A stretch of 61,958 nucleotides of DNA, filler included. It is 16 parts of 16 records of this genome, joined end to end, with 100 filler letters (N's around TTAATTAATTAA, not from the genome) between each part and the next. Parts side by side here need not be neighbours in the genome. Positions count along the whole stretch, not along the records: positions 34,991 to 38,637 come from SRR7504441_140859; positions 38,738 to 42,297 come from SRR7504441_140908; positions 42,398 to 45,612 come from SRR7504441_141061; positions 45,713 to 49,014 come from SRR7504441_143243; 12 more parts are not named here. The stretch is one strand, 5' to 3'. Below are positions 34,991-46,766 of the stretch, one piece after another. Position 1 is the stretch's first letter. Each line of letters begins with the position of its first letter. Made by a program: the position numbers and the translations under genes. The notes under the pieces are model-generated. The model was not told where the DNA came from, did no database searches, and saw nothing but the letters and a program-made list of their open reading frames with translations.

Positions 34991-36369
34991 AGTCAGGACG
35001 CCGAGCTGGGCGAGCTACTGGTCGAGGGCGATCACGGCTGGAACACGCTGGCCGGGGCGGTGCAGCAGTCGCTCGGCCGAGTGCTGCACAAGGCCAGCCT
35101 GCTCCATGAGCGGAACGAGTGCGTGTGTGCGCTCGGCAAGCGGATGGAGGAGGCAGCCGGCCCGGCGGCCGGCTGGCTCAGCTGGGGGAAGGTGTCGTCC
35201 GCGTGCTCGCTGGCCAAGTCCAAGGGGGCTCAGGAGCTGGAAGAGGCCAACTCCTCCAGGCTGAGGAGCGAGAAGGCGAGGATGGACGTCGAAAAGCAAC
35301 TGGACGAGCTGATGTCAACCACAGCCGGCCAGGCGGCAGAGCTGGTCACATCTCGCCGCCATCTGGGCTCATTCTGTGCACAGGCGCATCTGCGACAGCA
35401 TGTGGCTCTGCGGAGCCCGCCACCGGTGACGAGTCCCCCACCGGGCGCCAGTCCAGCGCTGCATGAGGCGAGTTGGCTAGATGGGCTGGGGGGCCAGCTG
35501 GGTGCAGGCGGCTCAGGCGTACGAGCAGGCCTTGTTCAGGGCGACCTCGGCGGCGGCCAACACGGATGCCCAGATGGAGCTCCACCTTGCCACGCAGCGG
35601 CTTGAGGCGATGCAGATGGCCATGCAACAGGGGCCTGATCAACTGCTCACCAACGCGCTGACGGAGGTTGTGGCCAGACTAGTGCGACCTGAGCGGGCTG
35701 GTAGGTGGCCAGTTCGCTGCAGGCGGTTGAGCGCCAGATCGGGTTTGTGAACTCGTACGGCGACATGGCCTCGGTGGGCTTTGCCAAGGCCGGGCTAAAT
35801 CCTGAGGTCTGTCAGGTCCAACGGATGATGGACGAGCTGAACGACCCATCGCCTCTCCCGGTCTGCCGGTCTGCCACAATGCAGGCGTTGGAGGAGCTCG
35901 GGAGACGGGCGCCGCAGCTGCAGCTCTCGACTCGGGAGGTGAGCCAGACCATGCAGCGGCTGTGGGCGCAGGCGGTGCTGGTGAGAGAGCAGGTGCGCAG
36001 CCCAGTCGAATGTGGCTGATCTTGCTGGGTTAGGCCAAGTGGCTAGGACAGCTAGTGAGCTCTCGCAACTCGGGGCCTGCTGGGGCCGATGGTTCGGAGC
36101 TGCAGGTAGGCTTGTGTCGTGTTGATCAGTCAAGGTTTGACCTGTTGCAGGGATCGTGGAACGGCCGCCGAACCATAAGTAGTGGATCGGGTCGATGGTC
36201 ATTGAGTAAACCACCCAGCCTGCGGGCCTCGCTGGTGGACAAGGCAGTCAAATCAGAGAACGGGCCGCAAGGCGAGGCTGCAAGACAAGGCAAGAGCACC
36301 AATAGCTTCCGGGATGAGGCATCAAAGATAGTGTCGTCTTTCTTAGAGCGGCATGATCGGAACAACTAA
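34991..36369 (+). CDS. Coiled-coil protein of unknown function (5' partial, multi-exon)
   Basis: Heptad-rich exon pieces joined by about 40-nt introns, including a predicted GC-AG intron at 35468-35507. Confidence 0.5.
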
Positions 36370-36571
36370 GTACGCGCCTTAGACTAAGCCTACCGATTGA
36401 GGTACGAGTACCTACTACATGATTGTAACTGATCCCGGGCTAAACACTGATTAAGAGGAGGAATAAACGACTATATCATGCTTTGGCGAATGTTAGAAAC
36501 GATGCGGCTGCTGATTTACGCACGTTCGATTCAAGCCAAGTCTCAAGCCAGAGCCGGGTGTGCGATTCGAT

Positions 36572-37994
36572 TCAAGGGGTGGCCGCAAAGTAATCCTTGG
36601 GATCGATCACGGAGGCGCCCCCAAAGAAATCGATCAGCCAGATGTGCTCCAGCTCCAGAGTCACCACCTACCGCCACATGAGCAGTCCGCCCCGTCTGCT
36701 GGGCACCTTCCAGTTGTGATCGGCGGGCCACTTCTTCATCCCTGGGTGCCGGCCGAACAGCTCAGCCTTGGCAGAGCCCTCCTCGCTCCCAGCGGTGTCT
36801 TGAATCTTGCCGGTGAACACCAATCGGGTGCATCGTGGGTCCTCTGGGTCGATCTTTGCAGCAGAGCAGAAGCTGTTGACAAACTCTTCAGTCAGGGTGA
36901 ACGAAGCCGACGCGTCCACGGCAATATCCTGCATTCACTCAACTGCGAGTGCTAACAACAGCTACCTTCATCGAGGCGTCGAGCTCCGACACGTAAAAGT
37001 ACAGCCGGCCTGTGCTGTTGTCCGCGCTGCCATCCACGAACGATTGCGGGTTTCCAAATGCGACCTGAGCCGCGGTCAGCCCAGCCAACACCTGCCAACG
37101 CACCCCCTTGTACTGGACGGATTTGGTGGAGAGCACGCCATAGGTCAGGTTATGCGCCAGCCAGCGGGCGGTTCGGGCCTTGTCCGCGTACGGCGGCGGC
37201 CCAGCACTTACCTGCAGCACGCTGACTGATCGCACCCGAGGCAGCGCACCGGAGCAGGAAGGCTGATCCCGAGTTCCTGGCTGGTCGGCGTCTTGGCGGC
37301 AAAGTAGTCGGTGGGTTTAATCAAACTCGCGCCGCCAAACATGTCGATAAGCCAAAGATTCTCAATATCAAGCGTGACAATGTGGAAGTCGTGGGAGCCA
37401 GGCCAGGAAGCCATCTCTGGGTGCCGGCCGAACAGTGCCTCGTGTGCAAACGGCTGCTCGGCCTCGGTAACGTTCCGCATGCTGCCGAGCAGCGTGAGCC
37501 GCGTGCACCTGCCGCTGGCTCACAGGGCAAGATCGGCTGTCAACGGCACCGCGGGTCTTCCGGGTCGATCTGTCCGCTCACGGGGGCCCACTGAGCCACC
37601 GGGTCAGCCGGGGGGCGAGCGCGGCGGGCCACCTCCTTTGTGCAGTAGTCATCGAGCATCTGGAGCGAGAGGGTGAACGAGCACTTGGGGTTCTGGGCCA
37701 GATCCTGCCGTCACGGCTCGTGCATTGCGCGGGGGGAGAGCGGGCAGCCTGCATTGAGGCGTCCAGGTCGCTCACGTAGAAGAAGAGCTTGCCGGTGCCG
37801 TTCCCGGTCGGGCCGTCGGCAAAGGACTGGGGGTTGCCGAATGGGACGCCCTCCAGGCTGGCCGAGGTGGTGGAGAGCACTCCGTAGTCCAGCTGGTGCA
37901 CCAGCCAGCGGGCGTTGGCCGCCTTGTTCCAAAACGGCGGCGGGCTCGGGGCGGCCAGCGCCGCGCTCAGCATCAGAGGGAGCACAAGCTTCAT
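36572..37994 (-). CDS. CREG: Secreted/lysosomal CREG-family protein with two tandem CREG domains (multi-exon)
   Basis: Signal peptide, then two copies of ARWL.H...YGVLST...FGNPQSF.DG...TG.L.FYVS.LDAS...LFGRHP.M..WP..H...WLID.FGGA. Confidence 0.88.
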
Positions 37995-38793
37995 GAGATG
38001 GGTCGTTCGTTGTTGTTGTTGATGAGAGAGTCCCCCCGACGGCCCGAGGTCCAAGTTCAGGCCAGCCTGGCTGCTGTTGTCCTGGACCTTGTATCAGTTC
38101 GATCACTGATCACCAGCTCCATCATCCCCATCACAGGGATCCAATCTGTCCATAGTACTACCGCTGTCTCAAATGCTGATTCACTTTCCACCAGCGCGTG
38201 TACTACAAATCTAGTCGCCAGGTCAGTCACTGTCAGCACCGCTATGAATGACATGTTCGCGAACCACACAGTGCTGGACGTGTGTGCTCAGTTCGCCGTT
38301 GAACATGTGGGCTGGTGCATATGATACACGGCTTTGGAGTTGGGTTACTGCTTGCGTGTGACTGAGTAGTTGCTGGATGTCTTGAGCGACCATCATCCCT
38401 TCAAGATGACGACGTCGTCAGCAGGTCGTCAGGTACATCCGTGTACATCTTTCGATTCCTTGAAGGCGTCCCAGAACTTGATTACGAGATCCTCTGAGGC
38501 TTCTGTCTTCATTGCTCGCATCGCATTCTGGACTCGCTTCTGGTCACCAACGATCCTGTCGGTTGCGCCTTGGATTCTGGATCTGGTTCCAGGCCGATGT
38601 GTCGGCCGTGTCGGCCACGTTGAGGTAGCTTTGATCGNNNNNNNNNNNNNNNNNNNNNNNNNNNNNNNNNNNNNNNNNNNNTTAATTAATTAANNNNNNN
38701 NNNNNNNNNNNNNNNNNNNNNNNNNNNNNNNNNNNNNTGACTTTGTACTATTTAATAACCAAATTAGTGTCGATCGCCCGATCGAAGAAATCA

Positions 38794-41700
38794 TTATTCT
38801 AATAAAAAAGAAGTCACTTCGGCATCCGGCTCAAGCTCAAGCAACGTTTGGATGAAATCTCCGGTATCCGCATCGTACCGAAGCACGCGATTCCCAGCCG
38901 ATACGAGCAACCCAATGGTCGGGTGATGCTTGACAATCCGCGGGCTCTTCTTGAGCGCCACGTCCTTGAGCCAGCCAGAGAAGCCCCAGAGAACTTCTCC
39001 CATGGCTGACACCAGCACAATCAAGCCTGCACCCAGGGCGGAGCTGCCTGCAGGAAACTTAAAGTCCTCGTCCGCTGCCGGTCGTGTGCAGCTCGTCCAG
39101 TCACAGAATGTAGTGTTGATCAGCTTAGCCACAGCCTGTCCCATCATCAGTGATGATCGACTGGACTATGCCAGCGCCTGATAGTTGCAGCTCTCGGCAG
39201 CGCTCTCGCTCAACAGAAAGGTGCTGTTGATCCGTAAAGGCTTGCACTCACTGTCGACACCGCACTTTTGTGTTGGCATGTCCAGGGGCATGTTTTCGTC
39301 TGCATGCCATTCTCATGTTCATAGCACAATCTGGGCTACCTTCTACATCCGACTCAGCTCCGGTGCAATGCCACACGTTGTCGGCCGGATTGTTGTCGCG
39401 GCACACCCCGTAATCATGCTCGCGTGAGTTGATAGCCATTCCCTGCCCCCTTTGACTTGACACTCACACTCGGCACTGGCACCATTCCGTGATTGGCAAA
39501 CGATCCCGACTTACTAGCGAACGATCCGTCCCGCATGTTGAGCTGCACGATACGGCCGGAGTCCTCATTCGAGACATACAGCTTATCCCAGTCAGCCGGG
39601 CTCCAAACTATCGAATGCGGCCGTGACAGATGCCCGCCAATCGGTGAAAAACACCTCTGCACCCAAGGCTCAGACCGGTCCTGCCAGGAGGGCTGCCTCC
39701 GAGTCTCTTGGTATGCAGCCGTCGGGATCAAAGCAAACGCAATTTTCTCTCTTGCCTGCAGCACAGCCAAATCAGCGATTGAGCCGCTGCGCTGAGTGCT
39801 CCGCTAGGCTGACCGTTCCCCAGTGCCACGCACGTCTTGTAACCCGCCGGGGGCGGCGTGGGTGCAAAGTTCCAGCCAAATCGTGGGTACTGCCCAATCT
39901 CTACTTCTTCTTCTTCTTGGGGGCAGTATTCCACCGGCCGGCCTTGACAGAATATTGGCGTTTCCTCCTCTTCTTCTTCCTCCGAGATGCCTCTTTTGGG
40001 GGTGCACTTCACTGAACCCCAGCAGTGAGCACAACTGCAGGAATCTATGCACACGCACTGCCAACGCATTCATAGGGGTTGTCGTCCCAGTACGGCTCAG
40101 GGGCCAGAGTGGCTCCCGTGTCCGGGTCGGATGGATCAGTGAACCGAAGTCGCACCTGAGAAACGCTCAGCGATCCCTGTGCCTGCATGTTACCACGCAA
40201 TTCATCTGGTCTGATGCCACATACACAAACTTGCGGCTTAAGTCTGTGATTGGTACAAACTCCGGCTCAAAGCTTGGATCGTACATCCGCCCACGGTAGA
40301 CAAAGTCCTGGGTGCCCCCGAACGCATGGCTGCGTTCACGCCGATTGAATTGCCCGAGCTGGTTAGTGATATCGGCCTTCAGTCGAGCGCTCAGCGCTGG
40401 GATCATGTTGGCCGAGTCCAGACGAATCATGAAGTGGAGCTTGGTGCAGTACATCTGCCGGGCGATCAGTCGGGCCGCCACACGTCGGTGCCATCACCGA
40501 TGTCCGATCAAGCTTGCCATCTGCCTTCAAAAGAAGGTCGCCGCCGCCATCTTCCGCGGGTCTCATCATGTACTCCTCAAACGCTGGCACATTGAGCTTG
40601 GCCCGGCACGGATCCTCCTCCTCCCATTCCTCGGCCCAGAAATCTTGAATCTGCTGATGAGAAATCCCGAGCACAAGCGCCAGGTCGGAGACCAAGTTTG
40701 ACTCGAGCTGCTGCCGCTTGGCAATCGCCAGCTTGATGAACTCCGCGGTCTCAAACTCAAAGTGTCCCATCAGAGTCAGCCGATAGAACGTCTGGGTCAC
40801 CACGATCAGCTCCCGCGGGGACCTGTCCTGCGCGTTCAGCCCCAGTGAGCTGTGTGAAGACCTGATTGCGCCATCTGCCAGCTTGCCCTTGCTCCTGGCC
40901 GACTGCTTGAGAGGATCGAACATCTGGATGAACCCCGTGGCCCCCTGCGGCGGGTTCTTCGGATCGGACCCCGGGTCGCTGCCCGACGAGACCAGGACCC
41001 GGCCTGAGTCTCGGTCGACTGCAATTCCGTAAGGCCAGTAGATCTTCTGCCGCGGCGATACAAACGAACTGCCCCGCCGAGTGAGCTGGCATCCCAAGCC
41101 GGGCCAGCACGTGAGCAAGCTAGAGTTGAGGGTTGTGGCTTCTCCGAAGTCGCTGGCTACAACTTGGTACACCTGTGCTCAACTTGCCGCCGGGCACCAA
41201 AGGGCCAACACCTTGTGCGCGTTGCCGTCACCCACGAACAAGCCGCCCTTGAACTCGCTGTTGCCGCACTGCGACGTCGTGCTGCTCTGGCATGAATTTA
41301 TGGCCACTGCCACCTGTCCGGCCGCTCAGCCCACCGCTGCGGCCTGAGTCGCCTCTATCTTGAGCATGCTCGTGTGCTGGTGGCAGCGCAGCCGCGCCAG
41401 AACAATCGCCGCGCTGCCGTACGCGCCGCCGACCCAGTCCTTCCCAGGCTGCCGGCTCAGCACCAGCTCGGCGCTCTCTTGGGATCCGACCGTGTAGTCG
41501 ATGTCTCGTTCTATCCCGGTATTGAACTCTAGCCAGAGGTCAGTGCAATCCAGGTTGTCCCCGAGCAGCCGCAGGCTGTCAGACTCCGGGTGCACTAGCA
41601 CTCCTCGCCTTGCGCGGACCACCGGGTCTGGCACCACCACCGCCACTGTGACCCCTTGAGCGTCTGAGTAGAGAGTCACCCCATTCACCACCAAGCTCAC

Positions 41701-42297
41701 CAGCTTGAGCTCCGCCGAACGCTCTCCAGCCGGGGGGCTGGCCCAACGGTGGATCTCGGCCGGTAGCGAGTACGTGCCCGGGCTGGCCGGGGCCAGCGAG
41801 AGCCTGATCTCGTGGTCGGAGATCAGGGCCGCCGAAAAGTCATCGTATTGCTGCAGTTGGTTTGCAAACTGCACACTGATCTGCGCGCTGTTGTACTCAG
41901 CGGCCGAGCTGGCGTTGAAGCCCTTCCCCCGGATGGTCAGCCGCTCGCTTGTTTGGGCCAGCGTCTGGGCGGACTCGGTCACAAAGGACTCGTCGTCGGA
42001 GAGGGTGCCGACTATTGTGTTGAGCCCAACCGACTGCCCGTTGGACAAGCCGACGAGGGTCACCCTAAGGCTCCCAGGATTCATCGACCAGCTCTGGCCC
42101 GGGAGCAGCTGCAGGACCCGCTCGGTTGGGCTCGCAGGGACGGTCGGCGAGAACTGCCAGGCTTGGCCCTGGGCCGCCCCCGTGCTCAAGAATACCTCAG
42201 TGATCAGCCCGAGCCCGGTCCCGCGGAGCACGAGCTCAGGCGCGTTGAGCGCCATCGAGCCCTGGTTGGTCTGCAGCGTGGCCGCCTGAGCCCCCCC
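38794..42297 (-). CDS. Large multi-exon protein with Ig/TIG-like repeats and NHL-like beta-propeller segments (5' partial)
   Basis: Repeats such as LVLRGTGL, LTIRGKGF, LRLLGDNL; propeller-like WPYGIAVD, LSRPHSIVW...LYVSN and VLRYDADTG motifs. Confidence 0.45.
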
Positions 42298-42581
42298 NNN
42301 NNNNNNNNNNNNNNNNNNNNNNNNNNNNNNNNNNNNNNNNNTTAATTAATTAANNNNNNNNNNNNNNNNNNNNNNNNNNNNNNNNNNNNNNNNNNNNTGT
42401 GAGCCTTAGGGCTCCGACTTTCTAATAGATGTACTTAAATACAATTAGTGAATTCACTTTATTTACACATTGCGACAGTGAATTCACTGTGACATTCATA
42501 TACATGACATTGTACAAGAAAAGCACGTGACCCGTACACTGATGTACTGTACACACTGACGCTAGATAGACCACGGAACAT

Positions 42582-45566
42582 CTACGCAAGGTTGTTGCTA
42601 TTCCATGAGATGCGCTCACCGGCAGTCAAGTCGACAACATGCGGGTAAGCTGTCCCATCCACGATCAAACCTCCCGTGGGCAATTGAAGCTTCCCAAATG
42701 CTATGCTGAGTGTGTAGTTGCCAGCTTGGTCAGACGCAATAGAGCCTTCCACCCCCGAGAGGAGCACTGGCAGCACGTAGGGTGCCTGGAACAGTGGTGA
42801 CAGCACCAACTTGCCCTCAGCCAAGTTGACCTGCTGGCCAGAAAGCAGCGGATATAGGTAGGTATCTGTAAGCATGAACCCATAGTGTCCCTGCTCTCTC
42901 GGAGCTCCTTGCTCGATAGGCCTAGTTGTCTCTGCAGGCGGTATCGAGCCGTCCGTGTGCGTGAGTGCACGCAAGTTCCACATGTCGCGGAGACGGAGAC
43001 GAAAGTTCTCAGACATGCGCTTGAGCGGCTCCAGTGCATCGTCAATAGACATATCGCCTAGAGCAACCTGTAAGTAGGCGTGTGTGGGTGGCCCGTTCAT
43101 CCAAATGCTGTCTTCCTGAACAGGATCCGACAGCACCCGCATTCCGTAGGCGTCTTGGTTTGCTTGCCATTCGTATGCAAGGTGGCCCTGCAAGTAACTC
43201 TTGTCGATGGTGAACGTGTGGTTGAGGAAGTGATGCGCAAGCATCTGGCCATAGAGCGTATCAGTGAAGACTTGATTTGGCATCGGAGTGGTGGCTGTGA
43301 AGTGCAAGGCAGTTTTTGTGTAGCACAAGACCTGGTATGTCGGCACAGGGTCGTTCGACGCAAAAGTGAATCCTAAGCAAGCGGCTGCACCGGCACAGGC
43401 CGCTTGGCATGCCGCAAATGAAGTATTCACTGGCGGGCTATAATCATTCCCCAGTGCGAGAAACCCAACAGCGTGCTTGAACGACACCCCGAAAGCAGTC
43501 TCCTTGGTGTATGTGTGCCAAACGGTGTCTGTGTGGCAGCGGAAGAAGTGATGAGACGAGTTCCAGAGCCTGTCATCAACGATTGCCTTCTGACTTATTG
43601 AAAGCGAATCTGCCAAGGCTTGTGCCCCAGCAGCGTCTTGCACCGCTTCTGCAAGCTTGATACCAGCCGTGAGTGCAGCCTGGTAAACATGAGCATTGTA
43701 TGTCACGGCTCTGTGTCGCTCGAACTGGAAGTGATCGTATGTCGTTGTTATGAATTGAGGAAGTCCGTAGTTGTCGTTCCCATTTGCATTTGTCATGCAC
43801 CATTCGAGAGCTCGTTTGGCACTCGGCCACATCTTCTGAATGAAGGCTAAGTCTCCAGTGTGCAAAAGTATCTCATAAAGCTCGAGCACGAACAGCGTCG
43901 TCGTATCCCCCATAAGCCTCCCGCCCGGTCGATCCAGCGGCCCGTGCCCAAAGCCTGCCAGGCACTCATCTACGTGGCCATCAGTCGAAGACTGGGCCCA
44001 GGAGCCCCAGGCTTCCACCTTTTGCCGCTCGAAATCGGGGAACATCCATTGGTACAGCAGGTGCCGTTGGAAATCGTTATGTACGGAATCTACATCGTCA
44101 CAAGACCAGGCCTCGTATTCTCTCATTCGGCCATCCTTGTACCACATGAGCATCGAAAAGTGAGAGAATTGATTGACCAGCATGTCCTTGAGCCAATCGG
44201 GCGTTGGGTTGTCAATATGAGCAACCGCATTATGGTGAGCAAGAATATCTTCCACGACGCTGGCCAGCTTCCCGGGTGCCACCATCTCTGCAGCCACTTG
44301 AGAGCTGTTGGCCCACAGATTTGCGTAGCCGTTTCCAAGAACCTCGCCGTAGCCCTTGACCCCACCGGCTGCGTAGTTTCTGTGCGGAAAGTGCCACGAG
44401 AACACGAGATTCAGAGTCACATTCGAGTGAGGTGCAACAGTAGTTGAAACGGACACCGCACCATTCGCTGCGACCCCGGCCACGGCTGAGCCTCCGAAGC
44501 CACCGGTCCGAGCAAACTCGGAGAGCAGCGCTGCAGGGTCGTCATGAGTGCCGTAGGTTGCATCGCCAGCTGCTGCCAGGGTGACCCCACCTGACGATGG
44601 AGACTGGACGCCCATGCCCTGGCTCCAGCTCAGCCCGGTGGGGCTTGCAGACCAGCTAGCAGCCTGCGAGACCCCACACCGCACCCCAACGGCGTGCGCA
44701 GTGAACGGGATGTCCGGGTTGAGACTGCAGGCCCGAGTGGCCGCAGCATACTGCCAGGAGGCGCAGCCCGGGGCTCCGGCGCATGCATGCATGCACTGCG
44801 TGTAGTTCCCCATCGCCTGGATTGTCGCGTTGGCACTGCTGTACGAGCAGTCGGTCCAGGCGCCGATCGGGACGTTTAGCATGAAGCTCGCTTGCTGCGG
44901 GTCTGGACCCGGGTTGGACACCAACAGAGAAAGCGCCACTGCCGGGAAGCTGGAGGCATTCAGATCAGCTGGCCTGAGCGTGGAGTACGCAAACAGCTGG
45001 AGCCCCCCGAGCGCACTGTCTTGCACTTGCAGCCGGGTCAGCGGGTACATCCCAGAGAAGGCGAGACCCTCCACCCCGACCCCGCCCGCATTGGGCGGCG
45101 GGTGGGTCCTGAGCACCCGGGTCACCCCGCCTAGCCGGGCGGCCATCCAGACGTCGTCCACCAGCCCGTACTTGCCCGATCCGGCCGGACCCTGGTTAAA
45201 GATGGTCCACCCGCGGAACGAGCCGTCCGCTCGCAGCTCCACAGACCCGGCCGACACCCCGCCGAGCGGGGGCGAGGAGCGGAGCCCGATCGGCGGGGCC
45301 ACAACCTGGTCGGAGCCTGGGTCGACTGGGGAGCTGTCGTTACGCATCCAGAGGTAGTCCCACTGGCCCCCAACGTGCCAGCCGCAGCCGGAGCAGGTCA
45401 CGTTGTCCGGCTCGTTGTAGCTCACCTTCATCGAGCGGTAGGCGTACCGATCCGACCGCCGAGCCACGTCCCGGTGGTAAAAGTGCGCTCTCGACAGCGC
45501 ACTCGAGAGCACGTCGCCCGCACACGCCGCGACGCAGCAGAGAAGCAGCAGTGCGTGGCTGGCCAT
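42582..45566 (-). CDS. Secreted GH116 glycosidase (GBA2/glucosylceramidase-like) with two PAN/Apple-like inserts
   Basis: Signal peptide; PLGGVSAGSVELRADG.F..WTI.N, FSWHFP, EYEAWSC..DSVH and TTYD motifs; intronless. Confidence 0.88.
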   Translation of the reverse strand: MASHALLLLCCVAACAGDVLSSALSRAHFYHRDVARRSDRYAYRSMKVSYNEPDNVTCSGCGWHVGGQWDYLWMRNDSSPVDPGSDQVVAPPIGLRSSPPLGGVSAGSVELRADGSFRGWTIFNQGPAGSGKYGLVDDVWMAARLGGVTRVLRTHPPPNAGGVGVEGLAFSGMYPLTRLQVQDSALGGLQLFAYSTLRPADLNASSFPAVALSLLVSNPGPDPQQASFMLNVPIGAWTDCSYSSANATIQAMGNYTQCMHACAGAPGCASWQYAAATRACSLNPDIPFTAHAVGVRCGVSQAASWSASPTGLSWSQGMGVQSPSSGGVTLAAAGDATYGTHDDPAALLSEFARTGGFGGSAVAGVAANGAVSVSTTVAPHSNVTLNLVFSWHFPHRNYAAGGVKGYGEVLGNGYANLWANSSQVAAEMVAPGKLASVVEDILAHHNAVAHIDNPTPDWLKDMLVNQFSHFSMLMWYKDGRMREYEAWSCDDVDSVHNDFQRHLLYQWMFPDFERQKVEAWGSWAQSSTDGHVDECLAGFGHGPLDRPGGRLMGDTTTLFVLELYEILLHTGDLAFIQKMWPSAKRALEWCMTNANGNDNYGLPQFITTTYDHFQFERHRAVTYNAHVYQAALTAGIKLAEAVQDAAGAQALADSLSISQKAIVDDRLWNSSHHFFRCHTDTVWHTYTKETAFGVSFKHAVGFLALGNDYSPPVNTSFAACQAACAGAAACLGFTFASNDPVPTYQVLCYTKTALHFTATTPMPNQVFTDTLYGQMLAHHFLNHTFTIDKSYLQGHLAYEWQANQDAYGMRVLSDPVQEDSIWMNGPPTHAYLQVALGDMSIDDALEPLKRMSENFRLRLRDMWNLRALTHTDGSIPPAETTRPIEQGAPREQGHYGFMLTDTYLYPLLSGQQVNLAEGKLVLSPLFQAPYVLPVLLSGVEGSIASDQAGNYTLSIAFGKLQLPTGGLIVDGTAYPHVVDLTAGERISWNSNNLA

Positions 45567-45712
45567 TCCAGGCAGCTGCACGACTGCCCTGGCAGGTACA
45601 CTGTGGGTCGAGNNNNNNNNNNNNNNNNNNNNNNNNNNNNNNNNNNNNNNNNNNNNTTAATTAATTAANNNNNNNNNNNNNNNNNNNNNNNNNNNNNNNN
45701 NNNNNNNNNNNN

Positions 45713-45911
45713 GTCCCGCAGCTCCTGTCCCGCTGGTCAGCCCTCCCCCGGGGGCGGCTGGCGCCTCGCACTGGGCGTAGAAGCAATCCAGGTCGATCGA
45801 AAGCACACAGCGCGGCTCGGCCAACAGCTGGGCCGCCGAGCTGAACGCCGGGCCCGGACGGGCGGGTGTCGGCTCGCCCGGGCACGGCAGCATTGCAGAG
45901 GTCAGCGCCAT
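45713..45911 (-). CDS. Y-family DNA polymerase N-terminus (iota/eta-like, 3' truncated)
   Basis: RCVLSIDLDCFYAQCE, spliced through a predicted intron 45725-45764 to ELRD. Confidence 0.8.
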
Positions 45912-46008
45912 CCCCCAGTCCACTGCGGAGCACCGGCTGGCCGCCCGCTGTCTCGACTTCCGTGCTCGCTCCCCCAGCCCGGACTGCTCGGTCAACGGAA
46001 CTACGCTG

Positions 46009-46683
46009 GTGCAGCTGGTGACTCCAGGGACACGCGGACAGGCAGCCTTTTCGGTGGCGTCGGACGAGCCGCCGGGTGGCCGGGTCGGTGACCCGGCCGA
46101 GCCGATCACCGATGCTATCACTGAGCGGCTGGCCGAGCGGGACGAGCGCCGGCGGAGCGACAGCAGCTGGCTGCTCGAGCAGGATTTGCTCTCGCCACAG
46201 GCACGGGCACAGGCCGAGCGGGTGCTGGGCGGCGCCGGCGGGGAGGCCGGACCGCGGGCCGCGGAGGCGGAGCTGGATCGGCTGGAGGAGGGGCTGCACG
46301 ACCAGATATCCGTGTTCGAAGAGCACTGCAGGCACGGGCAGGCCGGGCGCCGACTCACCGAGCGCAGGATGGTGGCCGAGGAGGAGAGCAGGGCGCTGCA
46401 GGGGGCGCCGGAGGAGCAGGAGCCACTGCCGCCAGCTCCGTTCGAGTACGATTTCATGGCAACGGCATCGGCGAGCCCACCGGCAAGCGCGGCTGTCGAG
46501 GCTTCTGCGGACGACACGGCCTTGTGCGTGGTATGTATCAGCGAGCCGAGGGAGGTGCTGCTGATGCCGTGTAAGCACGTCTGTGTCTGCCAAGGGTGCT
46601 TGGACGCCCTCCTGGAAAGCGGCGAGCGCGCGTGCCCTCTGTGCAGGAGCCTGATAGAGGACCATTTGAGAGTATTTTTGTGA
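46009..46683 (+). CDS. RING finger (C3HC4_3-type) protein; start uncertain
   Basis: CVVC...LMPCKHVCVCQGC...CPLCR; first in-frame ATG is only at 46369. Confidence 0.8.
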   Translation: MQLVTPGTRGQAAFSVASDEPPGGRVGDPAEPITDAITERLAERDERRRSDSSWLLEQDLLSPQARAQAERVLGGAGGEAGPRAAEAELDRLEEGLHDQISVFEEHCRHGQAGRRLTERRMVAEEESRALQGAPEEQEPLPPAPFEYDFMATASASPPASAAVEASADDTALCVVCISEPREVLLMPCKHVCVCQGCLDALLESGERACPLCRSLIEDHLRVFL

Positions 46684-46766
46684 CGGTCGCCAATTTTCCC
46701 ATATAGAGTCTACGTATAATAATAGAATGTCATGATATTGAATCTAGATCATATTATACAGATATG

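Noticed and set aside
45657-46665. Long minus-strand ORFs (286 and 334 aa)
   Set aside because: Mostly antisense shadow of the GC-rich RING gene; only 45713-45911 carries a real polymerase motif. Most other short overlapping ORFs in the track were rejected for the same reason.
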